The notes under the pieces were generated by a model, which was given only the letters and a program-made list of their open reading frames with translations, made no database searches and had not been told where the DNA came from. A stretch of DNA of 64,000 nt from Acidimicrobiia bacterium. GTDB lineage: Bacteria; Actinomycetota; Acidimicrobiia; Spongiisociales; JAHEDJ01. The stretch is from assembly GCA_029210695.1 (NCBI GenBank), contig JARGFH010000009.1, positions 1 to 64,000 of the forward strand. The letters are read 5' to 3'. The position numbers were made by a program, and so were the translations under genes. Positions 41,910 to 51,420 of the stretch are shown piece by piece. Positions within the stretch are counted from its first letter, which is position 1. The number at the start of each line of letters is the position of its first letter.

Positions 41910-43859
41910 CTATGTTGCGAGTGCTGTGGTCGTCACTTCGACCAGTGTCGGCCCATCGGTCACGGCCAGCGCAGCGGTGATCGCCTGGCGCAGGTCTTCG
42001 GGTCGATCGACACGCCACCCACGAGCACCGCACAAGCGAGCGTATTCGGCGAAGTCTGGATTCACGAGTGACGTCCCCCAGATCGGACGCAGCGCCCCCA
42101 CCTGTTCCCGGCTGATCTTGCCCAGTTCGGAGTTGTTGAGGAGCACGTGCGTTATCGGCATAGAGTATTTCACCGCAGTCGTGAGGTCCGCCAGGTACTG
42201 GCCGAATCCCCCATCACCCGAAATCGAGATGACCTTCCGTCCGGTTCCTCTGGTGGCAGCCCAAGCTCCCATGGCGGCGGGGAAGGCAAATCCGATCGAG
42301 CCCAGATACCCGGACATGAGTACATCCTGGTCGGCTCCAGACTCGAAATAGTGGCCGAACGCATACGTGTTGTTTCCAACGTCGACCGACAGGACCGCGC
42401 CGTCGGGCACCAGCGCAGACAACTCATGGAAGATAGCGGAGGGATGCATTCGTCCCTGTTCGTCGGTGATGGCTCTCCGCCGTTCCTTTTCGACACGCCA
42501 CACCTGCTTTCGCCGTTCGACGTCGAGTCGCTGCTCGGGCCGGTCGGCCTGGTTCAGTCGGGTCGCCAGCAATTCGAGCGTCACTCCGATATCTCCCCAG
42601 ACGGGGATGTCGACGGGGGCGAACTTGCCGAGCGTCATCCGGTCGTAATCAACCTGAATGGTTGGCACCCAATTGGCGATGCCTGAGTGATTTGAGAACG
42701 ACGCCCCGAGCACCATTAGCGCGTCCGCCCGGCCCATTACCGCCGAGGCCACCGGAGTTCCCGACCGGCCGACCACCCCGCAGGCCAGTGGATGTGCATC
42801 CGGGATGAGTCCCTTCGCTTTGAAAGTTGTAATCACCGGGGCATCGAGGAACTCGGCCAGAGCGATGATCTCGGCGCGAAATGGGCGTGCACCGTTGCCG
42901 GCAACTATCACGGGTCGTCGCGCTCCGTTCAGCAGTTGCACGGCTTCGTCGATACCGGCGGCGGGTGGAGAGATCCGATGGTCGGCGACCCTCCCTGCTC
43001 GGGGGCGGGCCGGCGAATCGGTTCGCCCCGGCAGATTCTGTACATCGTCGGGAAAGATGAGGTGAGCCACGTCCCGCTGGACGATCGCATGCTTGAGCGC
43101 CAGCGCCATCAACTCAGTGGCATTTTCCTGACCGAGGACGGTCTGGCTCCACTCCGACACGGCCGCGTAGGCCTCGGCCAGCGGTATCTCCTGGAAGGCG
43201 CCGGGCCCCAGGACCTGAGTCTGGACCTGACCCGTCAGCGCCAGGATCGGAGCACGGTCGACCTTGGCGTCCCAGAGGCCGGTGAGGAGGTTTGTTGCCC
43301 CCGGCCCGGCGATGGCCAGGCAGGCGGCCGGGCGGCCGGTCAGCTTGCCGTATCCGCTGGCGGCGAAGGCGGCCGCTCCTTCGTGCCGGATTCCGAAATA
43401 GCTGAGCCTGCCGTCCTTCTCAGCACGCCGGAGGGCGTCGGCCAACCCGAGGTTGCTGTGTCCGACCATTCCGAACACGGTGTCGACGCCCCAGTCGGTG
43501 AGCACATCGACCATCTGATCCATCAGCGTCGGGGCCTCGTCCGCAACGGGCAACTCCACATAGAGGCCATCCGGGCGCAACTCGACCGGATAGGCAGTCG
43601 CCGCGTCCGTGAATCCCGGCGGTGGCTGTCCTGACACCGGGTCGTATTCGTAGCCGTGCCAGGGGCAGAGCAGGTATTCTCCCTCGACCTGTCCCTCTCC
43701 AAGGGGTCCACCCTGATGAGGACAGCGGTTGTCGAGGATGCCCCAGCCACTTTCGGTCCGGGTAACACACAGGGCGCGACCTCCCGCGCTGACCATCGTG
43801 GGCGTGTTCAACGCCAGATCGTCTGCGTCGAGCTTGAACCACGCCGACGTTGCTGCCAC
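41910..43859 (-). CDS. Rieske [2Fe-2S] - ThDP-dependent (pyruvate oxidase/AHAS-like) fusion enzyme
   Basis: CPHQGGPL...CPWHG, then RHEGAAAF, GPGATN, GDGGF...LNN; GAGGGGAG RBS before GTG 43859. Confidence 0.9.
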   Translation of the reverse strand: MAATSAWFKLDADDLALNTPTMVSAGGRALCVTRTESGWGILDNRCPHQGGPLGEGQVEGEYLLCPWHGYEYDPVSGQPPPGFTDAATAYPVELRPDGLYVELPVADEAPTLMDQMVDVLTDWGVDTVFGMVGHSNLGLADALRRAEKDGRLSYFGIRHEGAAAFAASGYGKLTGRPAACLAIAGPGATNLLTGLWDAKVDRAPILALTGQVQTQVLGPGAFQEIPLAEAYAAVSEWSQTVLGQENATELMALALKHAIVQRDVAHLIFPDDVQNLPGRTDSPARPRAGRVADHRISPPAAGIDEAVQLLNGARRPVIVAGNGARPFRAEIIALAEFLDAPVITTFKAKGLIPDAHPLACGVVGRSGTPVASAVMGRADALMVLGASFSNHSGIANWVPTIQVDYDRMTLGKFAPVDIPVWGDIGVTLELLATRLNQADRPEQRLDVERRKQVWRVEKERRRAITDEQGRMHPSAIFHELSALVPDGAVLSVDVGNNTYAFGHYFESGADQDVLMSGYLGSIGFAFPAAMGAWAATRGTGRKVISISGDGGFGQYLADLTTAVKYSMPITHVLLNNSELGKISREQVGALRPIWGTSLVNPDFAEYARLCGARGWRVDRPEDLRQAITAALAVTDGPTLVEVTTTALAT

Positions 43860-43932
43860 TTGGTGCTCCCCTCGTTGTGGTTCGACGTTAGCGGGCCCTG
43901 CCTTCATCGATCGGGTCGAGGTGGCCCGTCGC

Positions 43933-45384
43933 TCAGACCTGGTCGAAGTCACCGTTGGTGAGATACCGGTTGATGTCGGCGGCGGCACGGCGTCCGGCCC
44001 CCATCGCCAGGATGACGGTGGCACCGCCCGTCACGATATCGCCCCCCGCCCATACACTCTTCTTGGTCGTGCGGCCGCTCGCCTCATCGGCAACTACGGT
44101 GCCCCACTTCGTGAACGCCAACCCGGGGGCGTTTCGCCTGAGCAAGGGGTTGGCATCGTTGCCGATTGCGATGACTGCCACGTCAACGTCGATCTCGTAT
44201 TCTCCGCCCTCGACCGGGACGGGACGCCGGCGACCGCTGTCGTCCGGCTTCCCGAGTTCCATCTGTTGGAGCCTGGCACTGGTGAGCCAGCCATCGTCCG
44301 TGCCGGAGAAACTCAGCGGGCTCGTCAGCAGTTTGAAGACGACCCCTTCGTCTTTGGCGTGGATGATCTCCTCGACTCTGGCAGGCATTTGCTCTTCCGC
44401 CCGGCGATAGATGATGGACGCTTCGGCCGCTCCAAGCCGGAGGGCCGTTCGCACTGCGTCCATGGCGGTATTCCCCCCGCCGAAGACCGCCACCTTCTTG
44501 CCTCGCACGTCGAAGATCGGCGTATTCGACCCATCCTCGTAGGCACGCATCAGATTGACTCTGGTGAGGAACTCGTTGGCGGAGTACACGCCGATGAGGT
44601 TCTCGCCGTCGATGTTCGTGAATTTCGGAAGGCCGGCGCCGACTCCCAGGAAGACTGCGTCGAATCCGTCCCGACCCAGCAGGGCGTTGATTGTTGTCGT
44701 CTGACCGATGACGGCGTTCGTAATGAACTCGACTCCCATCTGGCGAAGGCCGTCGATCTCAGCCCGAACAATCTCCTTTGGTAGCCGGAATTCGGGAATT
44801 CCGTACACCAGCACCCCGCCCAGTTCGTGGAGCGCCTCAAAGACCGTGACGTCGTGGCCGGCTTTGGCGAGATCGGTTGCACAGGCAAGGCCGGCCGGGC
44901 CCGAGCCGACAATGGCGACCTTCTTGCCGGTTCGGTAGGCCGGCACCTCAATGACGCCGAGATCGTTTAGCCGCTCATAGTCGGCGACAAACCGCTCGAG
45001 TGCCCCGATGGCGACCGACTCACCCTTCTTGGTGAGGACACACGCCCCTTCACACTGGTTCTCCTGGGGGCAGACCCGACCGCAGATTGCCGGCAGCGAA
45101 TTGTCGAGTTTGACGATCAGGGCGGCTTCTGCGAAGTGCCCTTCGGCCACCAGGCTCACGAACAGATCGATCTCGACTCCAACCGGGCAACCATCCATGC
45201 AAGTAGGCGTCTTGCACTCCAGGCACCGCATGGCTTCGAGCCTCGCCATGTTCTCCGTGAAGCCGAGATTGACCTCGCTGAAGTTGTGGGCTCGGTCCGC
45301 CGCTTCTTGTTCGGGCATCCGGAGTCGAGCGATAGCACGACGTTCCCGCTTGGGTGGCCAGACATCGGGGACCTCGATGGTCAC
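43933..45384 (-). CDS. nfnB: NfnB/SudA: large subunit of NADH-dependent ferredoxin:NADP+ oxidoreductase (GltD-like)
   Basis: CLECKTPTCMDGCP, CGRVCPQENQCEGAC, GSGPAG, GGGNTAMD, GGDIVTG; no gltB nearby. Confidence 0.88.
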   Translation of the reverse strand: MTIEVPDVWPPKRERRAIARLRMPEQEAADRAHNFSEVNLGFTENMARLEAMRCLECKTPTCMDGCPVGVEIDLFVSLVAEGHFAEAALIVKLDNSLPAICGRVCPQENQCEGACVLTKKGESVAIGALERFVADYERLNDLGVIEVPAYRTGKKVAIVGSGPAGLACATDLAKAGHDVTVFEALHELGGVLVYGIPEFRLPKEIVRAEIDGLRQMGVEFITNAVIGQTTTINALLGRDGFDAVFLGVGAGLPKFTNIDGENLIGVYSANEFLTRVNLMRAYEDGSNTPIFDVRGKKVAVFGGGNTAMDAVRTALRLGAAEASIIYRRAEEQMPARVEEIIHAKDEGVVFKLLTSPLSFSGTDDGWLTSARLQQMELGKPDDSGRRRPVPVEGGEYEIDVDVAVIAIGNDANPLLRRNAPGLAFTKWGTVVADEASGRTTKKSVWAGGDIVTGGATVILAMGAGRRAAADINRYLTNGDFDQV

Positions 45385-46214
45385 GTCTGGACCTGCTCGA
45401 GGAAAGCCTCTAGTCGGTTTCGCTCGAACCCAAGGTACGCCTTATTGCGCCTTTCCATCAGATCGAAATCGACCTCATGGGCATCGAACTCCGGCCCATC
45501 GACGCACGCAAATCGAGTTTCGCCACCGACACTCACCCGACACCCGCCGCACATGCCGGTTCCGTCCACCATGATCGGATTGAGACTCACGATCGTCTTG
45601 ATGCCGAACGGCCGCGTCACATCTGCGACGGCGCGCATCATGGGTATCGGTCCGATCGCCAGCACCAGGTCGAGGGTTTTGCCCTCATCGATGAGCCCCT
45701 GCAGTTTCTGCGTGACGAATCCGTGGAAACCGTAGCTCCCATCATCGGTGCATGGATAGAACTCGTCGGAGATGTCCCGGAGCGCCGGTTCCATGATTAC
45801 GTACTCCCTGGAACGACCTCCAACGATCGAAATCACGTAGTTGCCCGCACGCTTGAGGGCGACGGCCGTCGGGTAGGCAATCGCAGTGCCCACTCCCCCG
45901 CCGATCGACACGGCCGTTCCGAAGTTCTGAATATGCGATGGCATCCCCAGCGGCCCTGCTACATCATGGATAGAAGCCCCGGCCCCGAGCGTGTTCAAGT
46001 GTTTGGTTGTCTTGCCGACACCCTGGACGATGACGGCAATCCAGCCTCCGGATGCGTCACCGTCGGCGATGGTGAGCGGGATACGTTCACCATCCGCGGC
46101 TACTCGGAGTATGACGAACTGTCCGGCCCGGCGCGAGCGAGCGATCGACGGTGCCTCGATGCGGAAGTACTTGACGTCAGGCGCCAGAAAGCGTGCCTCG
46201 AGAATACGAAACAT
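45381..46214 (-). CDS. nfnA: NfnA/SudB small subunit
   Basis: GERIPLTIAD, GPLG, GGGVG, MVDGTGMCGGCRV, CVDGPEFD. Confidence 0.9.
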   Translation of the reverse strand: MFRILEARFLAPDVKYFRIEAPSIARSRRAGQFVILRVAADGERIPLTIADGDASGGWIAVIVQGVGKTTKHLNTLGAGASIHDVAGPLGMPSHIQNFGTAVSIGGGVGTAIAYPTAVALKRAGNYVISIVGGRSREYVIMEPALRDISDEFYPCTDDGSYGFHGFVTQKLQGLIDEGKTLDLVLAIGPIPMMRAVADVTRPFGIKTIVSLNPIMVDGTGMCGGCRVSVGGETRFACVDGPEFDAHEVDFDLMERRNKAYLGFERNRLEAFLEQVQT

Positions 46215-46281
46215 GATTGAGCCCATCAGGCAAACGACATTCTTCATCACGCATATTGGCGGGCAACCGGGGCAATACCCA

Positions 46282-46295
46282 GTGACCAAGGTCCC
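46282..46295. promoter_or_regulatory. DosR/OsdR-like box upstream of nfnA
   Basis: GTGACCAAGGTCCC, one mismatch from GGGAC-N4-GTCCC. Confidence 0.55.
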
Positions 46296-46368
46296 AACGG
46301 CCCCTCCGTGCGACCCGAACGGAGTCGAAAACCCTCACATAGACACCCGGCGGTCGGCCGGTGCACAG

Positions 46369-47670
46369 CTATTGGCTGGCCCGGCGGCGCACGCCGAGCA
46401 TCCAGGCGCCGGCGACGACCGCCACCGCAGGGACGAAGGCGACACCCGTGGTGTCCGGAGTGACGAAACCGTCAAGAGCCAGCCGGGCGAAGCCCCACAT
46501 GACGACCAACACGCCCGCAACTACTCCGAGGAGCGCCGCCGGTGCAGACGGGCGGTTCTCTTCGAACTGCCCGAAAATCCCAACTAGTCCCGCCAGCGGG
46601 AGGAGCAGGATGGCGAACCAGAGCGGGCGAGACCACCACCACCCGGCACTGAGCGGCTCTATTCCAAAGCCGATTCCATCGAGCCATATGGCAAGTCCCA
46701 GAACCGACACCATCGCGGTCATATGCCACAAATAGACGGTCATGATCCGGCCGTTGCCAGCGATCACAACTGCCCATGGGAACGGGCGTTCGAGCCAGTT
46801 CGAAACGGGCCGGCTGAACACCAGCATGACCCCGATTTGCAGCACGGCGAGCATCATGAGAGCGATTGTTGGAGGGAGGTTGTTGGTCCATTCGGATCCC
46901 GGTACGCCGACCATGCTGACCGGGTAGGGACCCGGGCCGGTCAAAGCAACGAGACCGGCGTAGCCCGCTCCCGCCAGGGCCAACGAGCCCACCCGGCTCC
47001 GCGGCAGCACATCCCGTTGCCAGAGGACACCGAGCTGATGGATACCAAGCCAGACGAACAGGAAGTTGGTCCAACCGACCACCGGCACCCCCATTCCATG
47101 ACCAAGCCAATCGACGGCTGCGGCAATGCTGAACAGCCCGGCCGGCACCGCCCATCCGAATCTGCGGTCGAGTTCGATCATGATCGGAGCCAGCGCAACG
47201 ACACCGATGTACACCGCCAGAAACCAGAGGGGAACCGCAACCACCTGCGTCCCGATCCGTAGAAGGCGGGCGTCCACGCCGGCCGTGACCAGAGCGAACG
47301 TCACGGCTACCCAGGCGCCGGCCAGGATCATCGTCGGCCGGAGCAGCCTGGCCGTCCGGCCCTGAAGCCAGATGGCGTACCCGTGCCCGCCCCGTCGTGC
47401 GGCGGACCAGGAAACGGCGTTGGCGAAACCTCCAACGATGAAGAACACGGGCATCACTTGAAGAACCCAGGTGAGATACTGCATCTTCGGCGCGGCTGCC
47501 AGCAGATGATCAATCTCAACTTCGCCGTCACGAACCAACACGACCGCCATCAACCAGTGGCCCAGTACCACCACCGCGATCGAGAAGAGCCGAAGGAAGT
47601 CGATGTAGCGATCTCGCTCCGGCGGTGTCCGGTCGGCCATGGTCCTGGCTCGTTTCCACATGGTCTGCAT
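46369..47670 (-). CDS. Acyltransferase 3 family membrane protein
   Basis: RDRYIDFLR..VVLGHW, QVMPVFF..GGF, PLWFL, YLWH. Confidence 0.9.
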   Translation of the reverse strand: MQTMWKRARTMADRTPPERDRYIDFLRLFSIAVVVLGHWLMAVVLVRDGEVEIDHLLAAAPKMQYLTWVLQVMPVFFIVGGFANAVSWSAARRGGHGYAIWLQGRTARLLRPTMILAGAWVAVTFALVTAGVDARLLRIGTQVVAVPLWFLAVYIGVVALAPIMIELDRRFGWAVPAGLFSIAAAVDWLGHGMGVPVVGWTNFLFVWLGIHQLGVLWQRDVLPRSRVGSLALAGAGYAGLVALTGPGPYPVSMVGVPGSEWTNNLPPTIALMMLAVLQIGVMLVFSRPVSNWLERPFPWAVVIAGNGRIMTVYLWHMTAMVSVLGLAIWLDGIGFGIEPLSAGWWWSRPLWFAILLLPLAGLVGIFGQFEENRPSAPAALLGVVAGVLVVMWGFARLALDGFVTPDTTGVAFVPAVAVVAGAWMLGVRRRASQ

Positions 47671-47803
47671 TGGCTCCTCCTGAATTCCGGACCCTCAGAA
47701 GACCAGATGTGGGCGGTTGCTGCATCGGGGGCCCACCCTGGTTTCCGGGTCGGGGATACCTGGGCTCTCTCCGGGTCTGCCGCCGGCGCGGCTAGCGTGA
47801 TTG

Positions 47804-50152
47804 GTGGAACCTGAAAGGAGCCTCGTGCGGTTGCGGCTAGCCCTGACATTTGTCCTGATGTCGACACTGCTCCCGGTGGCGGCATTCGCCCAGACGACCA
47901 TTGAGTGCCCCGCGTTTGAAGGCATCACGTGCGATGGCGCCGTCACCGATACGACCGGGATGATCCAGGACGACGCCGGTCTGGAAGAAGCGGTCGGGCG
48001 TCTCGTCGCGACGTACGGGCACGAAACGGCCGTTGTCGTCGTCGACGGCACCGGCGGTCGGTCGGTCGAGGAATTCGCCATCGACCTTGGGGACGCTTGG
48101 GGGGTCGGCGATCCGGAGCGCAACGATGGGATCGTCATCGCCGTCGACCTCGCCTCACGTATCACGACTATCCAGCACGGGCCCGGCCTCAACGATGTCC
48201 CGCGGGATTTCGATTCGATCGCGGCGGTGGCCAACAGCTTCTTCGCAGCCGGCAACTTCGACGGTGGCCTGCTCGCCATCATCGGTTCCTTGGATGAAGC
48301 CCTCGCCGCGTTCGCGGCCGGCGAAACAGCTTCGAGCAACACGGTCGGTGAGGTGATGGAAGGCTTCACGCCCGATCAGACGACCACAAGCACCGGGGGC
48401 GGGCCCAACCTGGCGATCATCGGCGGAGCTCTGGGCGTGGCATTGCTCGGCGGCCTCGGTGTAACCGGCGTAGCAGTGCGGAGTCAGCGCCGTACCCGCA
48501 CCCGCCGCCTGCGCAAGGAACTCGTTGACGGAGAACTCGCCCGTCTCGACGTTGCCGGCCACGAGCTCCCCCTGCTGCGGGACTTTCTCATGGAGGTCGA
48601 GGTCGCCACGACCGAAGCGTCGACTGCGGACATCGTGAGGGTCCTCACCGACGTGGCGGAGATCCGGCGACCCGACCTCGATGCTGCGGTTGAGGCGGCC
48701 CACCGTCACCGACTTCTCAACATCATCGACCGGGACCGCATGATGGGTGCTGCCGAAGTGCCCCTGGAGCTTCAGGTCGCAGGCGAGAGAGATGTGCTCG
48801 AAGGGGCAATACAGGCCGCCGCCAGGGAGTCGCTGGAGATCGACCTCGACGATGAACCCACCTTCGAGGTACGACGCCGCGAGCTGACCGACTTGGTGGA
48901 CGGGTTACGCCCCTACCGGGTGGCTGAGGCCAGGGCCCGAGTGGCGGCCACCGTGGACCAGCGACTGGTCGAGACTGCGATCGGGCATGCATTGCTCACC
49001 GACCTGGGCGAGCGGTTCTTGAAGGTTGCTCCGGTACTCCGCGAGACGCCGCAGGTGGGGGTGGCGTTGGAAACGCTGGAACTGGCGTATGCGACGGCGC
49101 GGGCCAAGACGGATGCTCTCGAGACCCTATATGCACAGTTGCCCGCCTCTTCGGCTCGACCGGCGGTCGCCGCCGCCCTGGCCGACCTCGAACCCGACGC
49201 CGATCGGGCCTTTGCCCGCTATGAACGGGTCCGACAGGAACTCGACGAAAAGGCGGCCGACCTCAAGCAGGACGGACTCGACGTCGCCGCGATTGCCGCA
49301 CTGCTGTTGCTCAACCGGGATGAAGGGTCCGTTCCGGAGTTCCTTGCCGCGTATAGCCGCAATCGGGACGAGCAACTCACTCCCTCTGAATCGGTGGAGT
49401 ATGCCCTGGTCGGGCTCTCCAATCCGCGCCGGGTGGCGGCGATCCGGGAACAATCGAAACGATTAGGGCTTCCCGTTGCCATCACGGCCGCGCTGCTCGA
49501 GCGACGCACCGACGGGGTGGCCGTCTATCAGGAGTTGCTCGACGACCTGGCAGAAGTGGGCCTCACCGGCGATACCCGGCGGACAATCGCCGGGATTCTG
49601 GCCGTATCGCTCGAGCCTGCTCAGGCAGTTCGCAGATGGTCGGAAGCCAGAGATGCTCTGGTGGCTCTGGGACTTGAGGGATCCTACGCCGACATCGCAG
49701 CAGCCTTCGGCGCCTCCGATGCACGCGGACCCCGGGAGTTCGCGCTGGCCTATGCCGCCCAGCGCCAGGCGCTTTCCCGCTCCTCGATCGACGACGCCGA
49801 CCGCTTCGCCCCCGAACTAGCCCATACCGGCACGTCGCGCCAGACCGATACATGGACGGGACGTCCCATCCCGGCCAGATTCGGCTCCTTCGATCCCTTC
49901 ACACTGCTCTTCTACCACTGGGTCATTACCGGCGGTCATTCCGGCAGCTATGGCTGGGAGCCCGTCTATCAGGATACTTCCTGGGCCAAGGACACGAACT
50001 CGTGGTTTGGCGGGTTCTCGGGTGGCGGATTCGGCGGTGGCGGAGGTGGTAGTTCAAGCTGGGGCGGCGGCGGATGGAGTTCCGGCAGCTTCGGTGGGTT
50101 CAGCGGCGGTGGAGGGTTTTCCGGCGGCGGCGGTGGATCTAGTAGCTGGTAA
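47804..50152 (+). CDS. TPM-domain protein with long helical-repeat region and Gly-rich tail
   Basis: Signal peptide (AFA-Q), WGVG..ERNDGIVI TPM motif, one TM, GGGFSGGGG C-terminus. Confidence 0.85.
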   Translation: MEPERSLVRLRLALTFVLMSTLLPVAAFAQTTIECPAFEGITCDGAVTDTTGMIQDDAGLEEAVGRLVATYGHETAVVVVDGTGGRSVEEFAIDLGDAWGVGDPERNDGIVIAVDLASRITTIQHGPGLNDVPRDFDSIAAVANSFFAAGNFDGGLLAIIGSLDEALAAFAAGETASSNTVGEVMEGFTPDQTTTSTGGGPNLAIIGGALGVALLGGLGVTGVAVRSQRRTRTRRLRKELVDGELARLDVAGHELPLLRDFLMEVEVATTEASTADIVRVLTDVAEIRRPDLDAAVEAAHRHRLLNIIDRDRMMGAAEVPLELQVAGERDVLEGAIQAAARESLEIDLDDEPTFEVRRRELTDLVDGLRPYRVAEARARVAATVDQRLVETAIGHALLTDLGERFLKVAPVLRETPQVGVALETLELAYATARAKTDALETLYAQLPASSARPAVAAALADLEPDADRAFARYERVRQELDEKAADLKQDGLDVAAIAALLLLNRDEGSVPEFLAAYSRNRDEQLTPSESVEYALVGLSNPRRVAAIREQSKRLGLPVAITAALLERRTDGVAVYQELLDDLAEVGLTGDTRRTIAGILAVSLEPAQAVRRWSEARDALVALGLEGSYADIAAAFGASDARGPREFALAYAAQRQALSRSSIDDADRFAPELAHTGTSRQTDTWTGRPIPARFGSFDPFTLLFYHWVITGGHSGSYGWEPVYQDTSWAKDTNSWFGGFSGGGFGGGGGGSSSWGGGGWSSGSFGGFSGGGGFSGGGGGSSSW

Positions 50153-50212
50153 CCCGTCACAGCTGCCGACGATCGGATACGCTTGCGTATCGGGACTCAA
50201 TGGAGGTATGCA

Positions 50213-50644
50213 ATGGCGACGATCGGTGATGTGATATCGGAAAAAGGCTCGGACGTGGTTCGCATCGGGCAGGAAAACACGGTCTTTGAGGCAATACGGG
50301 CAATGGTCGATGCCAATTGCGGGGCGCTTCTCGTGACCGAGGACGACGAGATCGCCGGCATTATCACCGAGCGTGACTATCTTCGCCGAATCGCTCTCGA
50401 GGGCCGGACGTCCAAGAAGACCCTTGTGAAAGAAATCATGAGCGCCCCGGTCTTGTACGTGGAGCCGTCTTGTGATGTCGAAGAAGCTCTGGCTCTGATG
50501 ACAGACCGAAGAATTCGCCACCTGCCGGTTGTCGCAGACGACAGCTTGAAGGGCATCGTTTCCATTGGGGATCTCGTCCGATTTCAGACCAAGGAACAGA
50601 GCTTCCACATCCAGTACCTCGAGGAATATATCTCAGCCCGGTAG
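50213..50644 (+). CDS. CBS-domain pair protein
   Basis: GIITERDY, VKEIMS, RIRHLPV, GIVSIGDLV; GGAGG RBS. Confidence 0.93.
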   Translation: MATIGDVISEKGSDVVRIGQENTVFEAIRAMVDANCGALLVTEDDEIAGIITERDYLRRIALEGRTSKKTLVKEIMSAPVLYVEPSCDVEEALALMTDRRIRHLPVVADDSLKGIVSIGDLVRFQTKEQSFHIQYLEEYISAR

Positions 50645-50647
50645 CGG

Positions 50648-51244
50648 TCATTCCGGGGGCAATTGCCAAGGGTTACCCTCGATCATTCGCCCGCGATCTC
50701 GCGCGCCACGACGGGTCACGGGAATCTCATACCCGGAATCCCCGGCGAGACGCCCTCGGTCCCGTTCCGTGAGGTCGGCGTTCGTCACGTTGAGAAACCG
50801 CTCAGCCTCCGGATCAGATCGTGCGTCGGTTCCTCGAACCCTGGCGAGGAAGGCGCGTCGATCGGCCCGTTCGGCACGCCAGCCGTCCTCTGCAGTTCGC
50901 TTCCCCGCTCTTCCGGTCGTCCAACCGGCCAACAGGAGTGCGAGGGCACCCAGTCCGCCTAATCCGGTCGTGGTGAGACTCCCGGCGCCGAACGCCAGCA
51001 CTCCCAGCGCACACCGGATGTCGACCAGGTCGTCTTCAGACAACGCGAACTCGACCGCGGCCGTGCCCGCCAGCACAACCCCAAGGAATGAGGCGGCCAA
51101 CCCCATAGCCCAGGGGATCAACCCGAACGTCATCGGTCCGGAGAAGCTGTGGAATCCGGCGAAGAGCCCAAGCAGAGCCGATGCTGCCAGCAGGACAACC
51201 GTCAGCTCGCGATAGCGTGCTTGGAAGGACGGGCAGAGTTTCAT
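50648..51244 (-). CDS. Hypothetical membrane protein
   Basis: 198-aa ORF with about 4 hydrophobic segments, filling the gap between neighbours. Confidence 0.6.
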   Translation of the reverse strand: MKLCPSFQARYRELTVVLLAASALLGLFAGFHSFSGPMTFGLIPWAMGLAASFLGVVLAGTAAVEFALSEDDLVDIRCALGVLAFGAGSLTTTGLGGLGALALLLAGWTTGRAGKRTAEDGWRAERADRRAFLARVRGTDARSDPEAERFLNVTNADLTERDRGRLAGDSGYEIPVTRRGARDRGRMIEGNPWQLPPE

Positions 51245-51335
51245 GCCTGCGCAAACTGATGATGGATGACCAACATGGGGGATCTCAATCGACAGGCAAA
51301 GCTTGTCGCTTCTCTCGTGGTTTTCACGTCTGTTG

Positions 51336-51385
51336 GTATTGTCGGCATCACAGGAGGTTTCGTGAAGCTAATTGAGTGCGTTCCG
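51336..51385 (+). repeat. Diverged duplicate of the ftcD promoter/RBS/first 8 codons
   Basis: 37/50 nt identical to 52625-52674 without gaps; both copies encode MKLIECVP. Confidence 0.85.
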
Positions 51386-51420
51386 ATCACGCGTGCGCCT
51401 AGAAACGCGCTCATCCACGC

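Noticed and set aside
43933..45384. Glutamate synthase small subunit
   Set aside because: No gltB large subunit; pairing with an NfnA/SudB gene indicates NfnB
46232..46255. Rex operator upstream of nfnA
   Set aside because: Poor match to TTGTGAA-N4-TTCACAA
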